Notes: generated by a model not told the origin, from the sequence alone. DNA of 64,000 nucleotides from Chiloscyllium plagiosum (GCF_004010195.1 NC_057735.1:39979600-40043599), one strand, 5' to 3'. Shown: positions 51,791 through 64,000, counted from the stretch's first letter. Program-made: numbers and translations.

Positions 51791-53025
51791 AAGTACATTG
51801 TAGAATATTAAATGCGTGAACATAACTGTGATTGTTTTGCTGCCATGCTGTAAGTCCCTGGTTACACTGCATGTTGTGCAGGCACTATTAGAAGTTTCTA
51901 ACAGCACTCAGAAGTGTTCATAACTATAATAAAAGCAGCCAATTGACATTTCAGCTTGTTTGCCAAATCAGTAAGAGCAAAGCTGAGTACATGTTTTGGA
52001 GGGAACTGGGAGAATACACTCTGCTGGAAGTTATTATAGTTAAATGTATCTTATGGAAAAGGAAACCAATATTTTATTTGCAACCAATTGGACTGCTGTG
52101 AAAATTATTTAATTATAAATAATTTGGTGCTGCAGTTTACAGTTGGCAATTATTGACAGTTTGAATGGAAGCATGACACAGTGACAGTTTTTGCATTTCA
52201 AGCACTTCCTTTCATACTGAGAAAGCTTTGAAAACCTGTAAAATGATGTCTTCAATTGAATAAAAAATAAAGATCAGGATAGGGAAAGGTTATTCTGCTC
52301 ACTGGAATTCATCCATCTGATACTGTAATATTGACTTCATAATGACACAGTGTTCAAATGCACTTTGACTATCCCAAATGCTTGAGTAGTGAGGTTTTTT
52401 TTCCACTGCTGTTTACATTATTTTTTCACTTACTTAAGTTTAAGTCATCTCGCACATTTTCCTGTTATATTTGAAGGGAACAAGTTGGATTTGACATTGA
52501 ATATTTAATGTATCTCAGTGATATCACATCTTATTTTCCACTCAATATATTTAGTGTTTCCAAATGTTCCCACTTCCTTTTACACTTCAAAACAGTGGAA
52601 TAATATAATTAGCATTGGAATAAAGTAAATAGAGTAACAACTGATCCAGTCCCCTCTATAACCACAAACCCGGCAGCAAACATTGGCTAATTTTTTTTGT
52701 TGCTCTTACGGGTCAAATCCTCTGACTGACTGCAACCAGATTCACAGCAACTTTACCTGCCCTGTCTCAATCTCATTTTTATTGGGCTTAAGCCTGGCAA
52801 AGTAAGCCGAACAACATCAGGAGCATGACTAGGAGCTTTCATTAGGGATGGGATGAATGGACATTTTTAAAAGTATCTGCAGATCAGAGAAAACCTGTGG
52901 GTTTTATAAAGGGGAGAATGTGTCTAATGAACTTAATTGAATGTTTTTGAAGAGGTGACTAAAATAGTGGATAGGATATTCATGCTATTTATTTAATCTG
53001 ACAACACATACTGATAATGTCCTTC

Positions 53026-54205
53026 ATAGAGTCACAGTGTCATAGAGATGTGCAGGACGGAAACAGAACCTTCGGTCCAACACGTCCATGCTGATGAGTT
53101 ATCCCAACCCAATCTAGTCCCACCTGCTAGCACCCGGCCCATATCTCTCCAAACCCTTCCTAGTCATATGCCCATCCAAATGTCTCTTAAATGTTGCAAT
53201 TTTACCAGCCTCCACCACTTCCTCTGGCAGCTCATTCCATACATGTACCTCTGTGTGAAAAAGTTGCCCCTTAGGTCTCTTTTATATCTTTCCTCTCTCA
53301 CCCTAAACTTATGCCCTCTGGTTCTGGACTCCCCGACCCCAGGGAAAAGACTTTGCCTATTTACCCTTTCCATGCTCCTCATAATTTTGTAAACCTCTAT
53401 AAGGTCACCCTTCAGCCTCCGACACTCCATGGAAAACAGCCCCAGCCTGTTCAGCCTCTCCCAATAGCTCAAATCCTCCAACCTTGGCAACATCCTTGTA
53501 AATCTTTTCTGAACCCTTTCAAGTTTCACAACATCTTTCTCATAGGAGGGAGACCAGAATTGTACGCAATATTCCAACAGTGGCCTAAGCAATGTCCTGT
53601 ATGGCTGCAGCATGACCTCCCAACTCCTGTACTCAATACTCTGACCAATAAAGGAAAGCATACCAAACGCCTTCTTCGCTATCCTATCTACCTGCGACGA
53701 TTCCACTTTCAAGGAGCTATGAACCTGCACTCCAAGGTCTCTTTGTTCAGCAACACTCCCTAGGACCTTACCATTAAGTATATAAGTCCTGCTAAGATTT
53801 GCTTTCCTAAAGTGCAGCACCTCGCATTTATCTGAATTAAACTCCATCTGCCACTTCTCAGCCTATTGGCCCATCTGGTCAAGATCCTTTTGTAATCTGA
53901 GGTAACCCTCTTTGGTGTCCACTACACCTCCAATTTTGGTGTCATCTCCAAACTTACTAACTTCCATCTGCCACTTCTCAGCCTATTGGCCCATCTGGTC
54001 AAGATCCTTTTGTAATCTGAGGTAACCCTCTTTGGTGTCCACTACACCTCCAATTTTGGTGTCATCTCCAAACTTACTAACTGTACCTCTTATGCTCGCA
54101 TCCAAATCATTTATGTAAATGACAAAAAGTAGAGGGCCCAGCACTGATCCTTGTGGCACTCCACTGGTCACAGGCCTCTAGTCTGAAAAACAACCCTCCA
54201 CCACC
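53026..54205 (-). mobile_element. 5'-truncated CR1/HER1 nested inside an older + strand CR1 (about 52880-54690)
   Basis: [19 protein letters not shown]...FGDDTKIGG...RGNFFTQR; the flanks read as decayed CLMNLIE..EEVT and GSV.G PQLF.IF.NNLD motifs. Confidence 0.9.
53843..54082. repeat. Perfect 120-bp tandem duplication
   Basis: 53843-53962 is identical to 53963-54082. Confidence 0.95.
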
Positions 54206-55354
54206 ATATTAGACTGTTAAATGAAGTTGAATATCATGAAAATAAAAGCAAATTATTGAGCTGGTTAGGATGTGTGGCTGAGCATCAGGACACAGTTTGA
54301 ATAATAGGTAGATACTCTACTTGGCAGAATATAACTAATGTTATTCAGAAGGATCTGTGTGTGGAACCTCAATTATTCATCATATTTTTAACAACTTAGA
54401 TGATGATAGAGAAAGCCACGCATTCAAGTTTATCAAATCGTATGAAGATCATAAGCAATGTTGATGAAAGAAAGAGATATTGACAAATTAAGTGAATTGC
54501 AAATCTCTAGTGAATGAATATCACTATAGAGAAAGACAAGGTCATCCACTATGGAACTTACATGGATAAATTACTGTTCAAATGGTGAAAATCTTGAAAC
54601 AATGGAGATCCTACAAGAATTAGTTGCCCATGAGCACAGATTGTGATGGACAGATATAGGAAATAGTCATAGGCTAATGGAGCACTAGCCATTATGTCTG
54701 ACCTGCTGCGCTTTTCCAGCAACACATTTTTAAGCACCGATCTCCAGTATCTGCAGTCCTCACTTTCTCCCATTCCAGGTATCAGTTTAGTAAACCTGCT
54801 CTCAATTGTCTCCAATGTAGTCATAAATAATAACAGGGAACATATTTCTATAGTTTTTCAGATGATAGAAGTTAATTTATTTGGTACAGGCTACAATCAA
54901 GCTCTCAGCACGAAGTAGGATTGTCACTTTTGTTATTTTGGTCATACTGGGAAACACCCAAGTGTAGTTTTAGAGTTTAACTCTCCTATCCCACAGAGCC
55001 CTTCCCTTTGTTGCATTGTTACATGTCATGTGAGCCTCTCACATATCTTTGTATAATTTCAGCTGTCTCTTTAGATATTTATAGTTCAGCCTGTTTAGGG
55101 GAGGGTACACCAAAGACAGGGTAATCCAGTCAGGACTCCAATAAGGATGGAAACTTTTCCAACTATGGGATAGCGATGAGTTGGCTGCAGCTGGCAGTAA
55201 TAATCTACTCTATATATGGGTTTCTGTGCAAATGTGTAACAACTTGAAGCTTGTGTGCTTATGATAGGTGCAGCATGAAATAAACAGGAGTTGCAAAGCA
55301 GTGCAGCAACCATGTAACCCTGCAAGCCGTCCGAGCAGATGCATCCTTTGTTGC

Positions 55355-55785
55355 AGTCTTAGCTCAACAGTGGCACTCTTTCTTAATGAATTAGGAGGCT
55401 GAATGTTCAAACTACCCTCGAAAGTCAATCTCTGCTGCTCACTCAATACAGTACTCAGAGAATTGCTGTATGGTCAAAAGCTGACTTTCAGGTGTGATGT
55501 TGAATCAAAGGCCTGCCCTTCTCTCTGATGAATGCAAAATAACTCATCGTATTTTTCACAGAATAGTAGGATGGTTCACTTGGTGTCCCAGCCAACATCT
55601 ATTCCTCAACCAAACGTGACTAAAAGAAATCTCCATGCTGCTGTTCATGCTATTCATTTCACTGTGTGCAAATTGTCTGTTGCATTACTCTATATTACAA
55701 TGGTAAACACACTTTGAAAGTTCCTTACTGGTTGTAAAGTATTTTGTAACATTCAGAAAGCAATTTTAGGAATGCAAGTTGCTTT
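55355..55785 (+). mobile_element. Deu-domain SINE (SacSINE1/AmnSINE1-related)
   Basis: tRNA-like head, ggtgtcccagccaacatctattcctcaacc and ctgtgtgcaaattgtctg..tattacaa..ggttgtaaagtattttg blocks. Confidence 0.6.
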
Positions 55786-56985
55786 TAAAAATTCTAATAT
55801 CCTAAATGTAACTGCAGTGAAAAAAAAGCTCCATAAATAATATCTGTTGGGATTGCAACTAAAGTGATTTGTGTTCAGTTCAAATTATGTGTATTTAAAT
55901 TATTTTTAAATAAAATAGATGGGCAAAGGAATACCGCATTGACCATCATCATATGTGAAATATGCCTTAAATAGATTGCTACTTATTATAGTTATTTATT
56001 CGTGTAATGTGAACATTACTGGTCAGTTTGCTGGGCTTGTTCAGGGAGCAGATAAGAGACAACCAAACTGTGAGTTTGGAGCCACATATAAGTCATGTAA
56101 AACTGCAGATTTTCTTTGCTAAAGGACATTTGTGAATAAGATGGAGCTTTATAACATTATGGTGGTTTTTTATTCCAGATTTATTAAATGAAATTAATCT
56201 AAATGCCCTCAACTGCCAAGATAGAATTCAAATATATCTTCAGATCACCAGTCCAAGTCTTTTGAATTATTTTGCTACTATAATCAATGAATAAAGTGTT
56301 CATTTAAGGAAAATACATTTGCTTCAAAATAAAAGCCCAATAATTAGCTTGCAGAAGTTTCCAATGCTCTGCATTCACTGCTATTTAAACAGTAATTATA
56401 TACTTTTCTTTATTATAGAATATGGGTGCTGTATGCCAATCACTTCAGTAGCCCAACGGGATGCTGTGGGACATCTAGGAAGAAGCAGAACTCATTTATT
56501 GTATTTCATTTGGACTGAACTGAAAGGATTTTCTTTAACATCTCTTACAATATAACCTAAGATTGTTGTCTCCAATTTCAGTTCATTGCAAGTAGTTCCT
56601 GTACCTTAGGACAGAAGGTTCGGGTATGCTGATGCACTATTAATTCAATATAGGTCTGCCTCACAAACTGTAAAGTTTATGTTCATGTAGGTTTAGAATT
56701 TGGTAGTAAAATATTATTTCACATAGTGAACATTAATCATGTAGCAGACATTACAGCTGCCAATATAGGATTATATTAGATATCCAAAATATGTTAGTTG
56801 TCATTGACACTGTGTTTTACAATAAAATATTGACTGCCTACCTTTGTGCTTCTCAATTCTTTCATAATATGGTGAAGTTATCCATCTTGTAGAAATCAGC
56901 TGACATTACCTTTAAATGATTCTTCTTCAGGAATAAAACAATATGCATTTTATGGAATAATATACTTGAAGTTGAGAACAGACCT

Positions 56986-57096
56986 CTAAGAGATTCTTGC
57001 AAGGATTTCATTTCCATCCCAAATCTGACTTAAAGTCATGAATTTCAAACTTTTCGCAAAGAGTTCAATCAGTTCATTGTTATATTTTGCTGATCG
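56986..57096 (-). CDS. Candidate terminal coding exon of an unidentified convergent gene (RSAKYNNELIELFAKSLKFMTLSQIWDGNEILARIS*)
   Basis: Acceptor tttatcttatttag on -, phase-0 open frame of 36 aa to TAG, followed by mostly non-repetitive AT-rich sequence with AATAAA signals; no homology recognised. Confidence 0.25.
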   Translation of the reverse strand, partial: RSAKYNNELIELFAKSLKFMTLSQIWDGNEILARIS

Positions 57097-58745
57097 CTAA
57101 ATAAGATAAAGTATATGTAAAAAGGAGGACAAACTGCTATTCTTACAATTGAAAAATAAACAATCAAAATAGAATTCCTATCAATAAAGAACAATTACAG
57201 TCTTAAAAAGCACATAAGGCAGCAATAACTGTTCTTTAATAGACCAATACATTTATTACATCATATGTGGTTTAGTCATTCATTCTCGTTATGTTCTTAT
57301 AGGTGACATGGTCTTTTATTTAGAAGGGGCTATCTAACATTGCAATACACTGTTGCTGCGCCCAAGGTCTGAAGTTAATTGTGCTATCTGTGTTGATTTT
57401 ACCTGAGTTCTTCAGGGAAAGCAGCTGAGAAATTCTCATTGGTATCCACACTCTTGTGCTAGCAGGGATGGGTGTGAAATGGAGTCAAGTTATCAAAAGT
57501 TCATGCTCATTGCCTAGCCTTTAAATTATGGAATCATCTTCCTTCATTTCTCCATCTTTCTGCTTTACTTCAAGATGTTCTTTAAAAGCCACATTTTCAT
57601 CTGAGCGCTTGGTCATCTGTCCTAATATTGCCTTGCAAAGCTCACTATCAAATATTTCCATGAAGTGCCTTGGGGCTAATTTACTGTGTTAAATGTGCTT
57701 TTATTAATACAAGTTGTTATGCAATAAATCAGTGATGATTGAACTAAACTTAGCCTAATGACAAGAGCAAATTACTTCAGATGCTGGAAATCTGAACGAC
57801 AATAGAAAATCTATAGCAACAGTAGAGGGAGAATAAGTTAACATTTCAGGGCCAATGTCCTTTTAATTTGCAGTGTTTTGTTTTGAACCAATTAATGGCG
57901 TCGGATTGAAATAGCTTGTTACTTTTAGGACGATATTTTTCAATGGACAATGCAACAGGGTTATCAAGCTGTTTTATGTCACTAGTTAAAAAACACAATC
58001 AGAAATAGAATGCCCAGCAAAAGTGTTAATGCAAAGCATCAGATGGCTAAATACAATGGACTTATGTTAAGGGTGACTGAAACAGGATTTTATTGAGATA
58101 TTCAAGATCTTTAATTTCAATAAAACTGGGAAATTTATCATGATTAGATACAGCTCAGGAAAACATTAGGTAGAATGATCTAGCTTACTGTGTAATTTCA
58201 TACATACAATGTATGATTGGAATGAATTGCCTTAAGAAATTATCAAAGCTATTCAATGTGGAATCATAAAACAGGGACAGGCCTTTGGCATGAAATCAAT
58301 TTAGAAAGACAGACATGAACTTTGTATCCTGTGTTGGGTCAGCCAGACAGGAACCAAAAAGCATTCCACTCTGTCAACTTATTGTGCCAAATAATTGTAA
58401 CACATAATGGTTACACTTTGCTTGTGGGTCATAGCTTCCATATTACAGCCTACACAGTTAATCAGAACAAAGAAAAATGTTGAACACTCATACATTTAGT
58501 GTAATTAAGTTTAATAAAATGGTTAAAAGTACTTAACACTTAAAAATAAGGGAATGGGTACTGCTTGATCCAAAGACAGTGAATTAACTCTAAGTATGTT
58601 TGCTTCAAACAGGAGAATATATTTATAAGTTTATAGTTTCTCTGTGACACATTACGGCTCCGTTAAAGTGGTGTAATAAGTATGACTGCTCTGGTCTTAA
58701 TTGGGATATAAATGGGATATCATAAAACGTTACATTAATCAGTAG

Positions 58746-59460
58746 TGTTACGATATGGGGTAAACCCTCCTGCTTAATTTAAAACCAGCAACACAGAAAA
58801 GGTTTATCCCGTGCAGTAATCTGTAAAAATTCAAAGGGCCAAGAACTATGTAAAGTAAAAATTAACAACTTTATTTCTTAAAGTATAACAGAGAATAACT
58901 AACTAACAACTATGTACAAGTCCTTACTTTAACTTATCTTTTACCATCCCTTCTACAATATTAGGCTGATAAAAATCCCAATTAAGATTTACAACACAAC
59001 ATTTCTTATCTCAAAAACCAGGCAGCTTTCAGTTCTTCTATTTGGATCTTCCTGTGTCAGCTTTTCATCTTTTTAGGGATTCTGTGTCACAGATTACTGA
59101 TCGAAAAGGTACCTTTTAAGAGAGCTATTTTTCAAGCAGTTTGTTACATGCTGGGGCTTGTCAGTTCTCCTCTCAACTATTTAATTTTCCCTGGTTTTAT
59201 ACCCCCAAAGCATGGGATTGTGTCATTGGCTTTTAAGATTGTCAGTAAGCTAAATTTAGACTGGATTGGAGTTTGGTATTTTTCGGGGTATAGTCTAAAC
59301 TGATTGGCCAAATTCAAATTTGTTTTTGTCTCCAGGCAATGAGCTAATTGAGTTGTTTGACCCAGTGTTACATTGCTGCCTTATTGAGAATACTTGTTGC
59401 TGTGTCCAGTAGTTCTGCTGCCTTTAACGCTCTTAAAGGAACACCCGCATCTTCATAACT
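58746..59460 (-). repeat. 3' LTR (about 715 bp)
   Basis: tgttacgatatgggg...cttcataac(t), adjacent to PPT (reverse strand aagggggcagg). Confidence 0.85.
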
Positions 59461-59634
59461 CCTGCCCCCTTAAGAAAAAATGAATCATGATAATGAAAAG
59501 ATGGCTTCTTTTTTTTCTATTTTTTAAACACGTTACTCTAACATACAGAAAACTTTAATATAAGTTCACCGTAACCTCTTCCCATATTCCTGTATAACAT
59601 TAAATAAAGACAAATGTTATCTAAACTCCATCAG

Positions 59635-60660
59635 TTAAATCCGCGCTAACACATCTGTGATTATATTCTTCTGATCCGCAATATGTATGATTTTTAAATT
59701 AAAAGTCTGTGTCATAAGACTCCAATGAAACATTGTCATATTCTTATCCTTAAAACGTTCTAAGAATGTAAGCAGATTGTAGTCAATGTACACAACCGTC
59801 TCAGGTACATTGCTTGTGACATACACATTAAATTGTTGTAAGGACAGTACCAAACTCCATAGTTCTTTTTCAATCATGGAGTATTTCCTCTGGTAAATGG
59901 TCATCTTCTTTGTAAAGTAATCAACTGGCAGTTCAATCCCATCCTCATCTTCCTGTAGGAGTACAATTCCAATGTCTGTAGCATTGATGGTGACTTTAAA
60001 AGGTTTTGAAAAGTTTGGTGTAGCTAAAACTAATTTGGTGGTTAATATTGATATCAAATGGTCGAATGCCTCCTGGCATTGTTCTGTCCACTGCAACTTT
60101 GTGTTCTTCTTCAGCAAATTAGTTAACGGTGCCACTACAGTGCTGAGGTTTGGAACAAACTTCCGATAGATTCCGCTGAGTATCTGCCAGTACCCATGCA
60201 TTAATTCCAACTTGGCGATGTAACTGGCTTGTCCAACTTTCTCAAAACAGTCGTGCAATTTAGGAATTGGATATAAGTCCGATTTTGTAATGGCGTTGAC
60301 CTTCCGATAATCCATGCAGAATTGTTGAGTCCCATCCGGTTTAGGAACTAAGACGATCGGCAAACACCACTCACTCTGGCTTGGTTCAAAGGTGTCCTCA
60401 TCAAGTATGGCCTCCACCTCCAGCTGGAGCTGTCTGGCTTTGAAAGGATTAAGCCGATAGGTTTTTTTTTTAATCAGAGCAGTATTCCCTACATCTACTT
60501 CATGTACAATAGCATTAGTCCTCCCAATCTGATTCTTACATATGTCTTTATACTGCAGTAACAAATGTTTCAACTGTGTTCTATGCTCCTGAGACAGATA
60601 GTTTTTGAACCTATCCCACTCCTCAAGGATTTCTTCATTTTTTAATCTATTTTGAAGCAC
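59635..60660 (-). pseudogene. RT-RNase H remnant with the RT catalytic core deleted
   Basis: YRLNPFK..PIVLVPKPDGTQQFCMDYRKVN..PIP..GYWQI joined directly to LSGIYRKFVPN; RH ..YSMIEKELWSLV..DVLARI. Confidence 0.9.
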
Positions 60661-60740
60661 CTCAAAATCAACATCATCTGGACTTGATTCCTCACTCTGC
60701 AGGGGCAGTAACCAACACCTGTTTCTCCAGTTCCTTTTCT

Positions 60741-61960
60741 CTAATATAATATGTGTTCGACATGCTCACATGACATACTCAATACTTTTTTCCTATCTGG
60801 CATCTTTACTAAATAATTCATCTGACTCAACGTTTTCTCAATTTGATAGAGAGCACTAAACCTGACTTTGAAGGGATCTCCTATCACTGGTAACAGTACT
60901 AACATGTCATCCCCTTGGGAAAACGTCCGAGTCTCAAAGCTTTTATCCGCCATCTGCTTCATTCTATACTGTGTCCTCTTTTGGTGCTGTTTAGCTAACT
61001 CACCTACTCTGTTTAATCTCTCCCTCACCTCTGATACATAATCTTAAGTGTGAGATCTCCGACTTTGGTCCTGTCAATTTTTCTTTAATTAATTTCAAAG
61101 GGCCTCTCACTTCATACCCAAATATTAACTCAAAGGGAGTGAACTGAATAGATTCATTCGGGGCATCTCTAATGGCAAATAATACAAATGGGATACCTTT
61201 ATTCCAATCATTCGGGTAATCCTGACAGTATGCTCTCAACATGGTCTTCAAGGTCTGATGCCACCTTTCTAAAGTTCCCTGGGATTCAGGATGATATGCC
61301 CTGGATTTAAAGTGCTGCATACCTAAACTATCCATAATCTCCTTAAACAGCCTAGCAGTAAAATAGCACTAAAAGTAGCCCATACCGCGTGAAGAAAGCT
61401 ACTAACTCCTCTACTACTATTTTTGCCTTGATACTCCATAACGGAATTGCCTCCGGGAATCTGGTAGACACATCCATTATGGTTAACAAATACTGATTCC
61501 CACTTTCAGTTCTCGGGAGGGGACCTGCACAATCAATTATAATCCATGTGAAAGGTTCTTCAAATGTGGGAATTGGCAACAAAGGGGCTGGTTTTATTAC
61601 CACCTGTGGCTTACCTACCATTAGACAGGTATGACATGTACAGCAAAAGTTAACCACATTGTTGTGCCTTCCAGGCCAATAAAAATGTTTTGGTACCTTA
61701 ATCTGAGTCTTTCGTACCCCTAGGTGACCCGTAACACCTCCTGTCTGTATGCCACCAGCAACACAATCTGGTGCACTTCGGCCCCTTTCTCCTCCGCACT
61801 AACCTGTTGTGGTCTCCTTTTCCATCTGAGGATTCTGTCTTTCAGATAATAACTCTCCGGAATATTCTCTGCCTCCTTTTCAGAGTACGCATTCACACAT
61901 ATATCTTTTATCGTCTTGTCATACTGTTGCAAGTCCCTTAGCCTTTCAGGACTAAACACT
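60741..61960 (-). pseudogene. Integrase remnant (zinc-binding, rve core, GPY/F-like region)
   Basis: CHTCLMVGKP, IIIDCAGPLP, DVSTRFPEAIPL, AYHPESQGTLERWHQTLK, FTPFELIFG. Confidence 0.9.
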
Positions 61961-62399
61961 TCTGTCTGATTCTCATCCTATTCAGGTTTTTCCTGCACCA
62001 TTATGTTAAACAGGGTAGCCATTAACTAAAACACAACTCCTTCATCTTTCTCTTTACTTTTCACTTCATGCTGTGACTTATGATAGTGGGATCTGGTTAC
62101 TACACAGTCTGGGAAAATACAAGGATATTTCTAACTCCTCAGTTTCTTGGTCTTCCTTGGGTTCTCCACAACAAGGGGTGTCACTCCCACCTTGGATCCT
62201 GCCAAATCATTCCCAAGAACAAACTGAATTCCTGGAACTGACACTCTGTCAATACTCCCACTGTTACTTCCCCACTCTTGAATTGGCACTCCAACCTGTT
62301 CTTACATAGGGCAACCCTAAATCTCTGTCCATCTATCCCACAAATTAGCACACTCTCAAGTAACAGATCAGAAAGAGTGCATATTCACTCATCACTTAC

Positions 62400-63776
62400 T
62401 ATCAGAGACTGGTTAGATGCTGTATCTCTCAAAATTATAACTTTGTGTCCTTCTCGCCCTATTCTGCGTAAACTTTACCCACAAAGGAGAATTCTTTGTA
62501 GAGATCAGGTACTAACTCCATACCCAGCCCCCCTGCCTGGGCTGTGCAGTCTCCTGCAGCTCCTTTGCTATTCTTGGGGTTTCCTTTACTACCTTCACTA
62601 ATGCCACTGGGTTTAGCTTCTTTTGCCACATCTTTTCCCACAGTGCTGTTCTTTAACAACCAGCATGGTGACTTTACGTGTCCCACTTTACTACAGTGGA
62701 AACACTTGAGGCTTTTCACCTCCTTTTACCCTCGAGCTTATTTTTTATCCTGTGGTAAATTACCAGTGCTCTCTACTCTCTGTTTCATAGTGTAGGATCT
62801 CCCCTTCTCCCAACTTCTATCCCTCACAGGACAAAATTCTGGCCAAAATCTTGTCTTATGCACCAACATGTACTCATCTGTTAATTCTGCTGCCCTTCTC
62901 ATTTCCTGAACGTTCTGTTCCTCCACGTGAATTCTTACCATCTCTGGAAGTGAGTTTTTAAACTCGTCCAGCAGAATAATCTGTCTTAGAGCCTCAAATG
63001 TCCTATCTATTTTCAAAGCTCGCACCCAATTAATCAATCAAAATAACTGTTTAATTCTTTTGAACTCAGCGTAAGTCTGACCTAGTTCCTTCTTTGTGTT
63101 TCTGAACCGCTGTTCTATATGCTTCTGGTACCAAATCATAAGCACTTAAAATAGCCTGTTTAACCTTTTCATAGTCTCTTGACCCTTCTTCTGGCAGCAA
63201 ATACCTCACTAGCTCTGCCAACCAGTTTAGTCTGAACTAGCATTACCCATAAATCCTCGGACCACTCCATCTGCCTAGCCAATTTTTAAAATGAAATAAA
63301 AAAGGCTTCAACATCTTCCTCATCAAAATGTGGCAAAGTTTTGACATATTTATATATATATCACTACCTTCTCTATTAATCTTCATCCTGTTAACTTGAC
63401 TTTGCCGACTAAGTCACAACTTCAAGTTCAAATTCTCTTTTTGTCTCTCCCTTTCTTACCTCTCTCTTTGCTCAGCTAAGAACGCTCTCTCTCTCTCTTT
63501 CTTTCCTCTCTCTCTTTGTTGATCTTCTAACTCCACCTTTCTCAACTGTAATTTAAGTTTGTCTACCTCTACTGCACTTGTCTGTTTCTCTGGCACACCT
63601 AAGTGTTTGAGTAAGCCCTTTACAATTTCAGCTTTACTTTTGTCCTTGGTTAAACCCAAATCTAACTTATTTGCTAATTCTAAAAGTATGGCATGTTTCT
63701 TTCTTTCTAAACTTTCTTGGCAAATTTGAGAATCATCTTCAAATCCCAGAACCTCTTTAGCAATTTTAAGAGCCAT
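62400..63776 (-). pseudogene. gag (SCAN-like segment, CCHC knuckle) and protease remnant
   Basis: MALKIAKEV...; WVRALKIDRTFEALRQIILLDEFKNSLP..VEEQ..AAELTDEY; CFHCSKVGHVKSPC; VIILRDTASNQSLI. Confidence 0.85.
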
Positions 63777-64000
63777 ATCTCTCACTTTTAACTTAATCAA
63801 CTACAAGTCACTGAAATTAAACAAATTGTCTCACCTGTGCTTTATTTGAAGATCTAGGACACTAACCTGGAGGTATTTAAATCTGCTGGGATTTTTCGTA
63901 CCCCAAATCAATTCAAATCTGTCTAAACCAGTTCAAATCATGGATCTGAGCTTCTAAACTGTTACGACATGGGGTAAACTCTCCTGCTTAATTTAAAACC

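Larger units (their letters stand above)
58746..64000 (-). mobile_element. Gmr1-like Ty3/Gypsy LTR retrotransposon (gag-PR-IN-RT-RH), decayed; 5' LTR runs off window
   Basis: LTR ends at 58746 and 63960 match 39/41 bp; PPT at 59461-80; decayed PBS at 63931-59; domain order from ORF fragments. Confidence 0.92.

Noticed and set aside
1-64000. Most short ORFs in the six-frame track
   Set aside because: They are antisense or off-frame readings of SINEs and LINEs (e.g. repeated MAQWLALLPHS and MPETSILLLLGCC peptides) or chance ORFs with non-ATG starts
32789-64000. Functional link between APOBEC2 and neighbouring retroelements as an anti-retroelement defence locus
   Set aside because: TE density is ordinary for shark genomes, APOBEC2 has no established restriction activity, and proximity alone is not evidence

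Overview
Eukaryotic, repeat-dense vertebrate DNA, almost certainly from a cartilaginous fish: HE1-type V-SINEs with (TTAGA)n tails, HER1/CR1 LINEs and Deu-domain SINEs are all present. The only host gene I can support with confidence is APOBEC2 on the + strand: coding exon 1 at 32789-32922, a 9.5 kb phase-2 intron, coding exon 2 at 42423-42957, 222 aa, intact HAE/PCxxC zinc site, and a splice donor 3 nt after the stop. The rest is mostly transposable elements: CR1, Rex1/Babar and Tx1-like LINE fragments, about 10 HE1 SINEs, three Harbinger Myb/SANT relics, an old RT-deleted Gypsy with diverged LTRs (17164-20764), solo LTRs, and a Gmr1-like Gypsy on the - strand (58746-end) with integrase upstream of RT and a SCAN-like gag segment. 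The most notable non-coding signal is more than 15 short Penelope-like (PLE) pLTR pieces in three families. They carry, with variable decay, a minimal hammerhead-ribozyme motif (CTGANGAA-stem II-GAAA-palindrome) and are often inserted as head-to-head hairpins, some with TSDs; several lie inside the APOBEC2 intron. Two co-oriented CTCF-like motifs and a possible terminal exon of a convergent gene are also noted. All family assignments come from manual motif recognition with no database search, and TE boundaries are approximate unless a TSD is cited.
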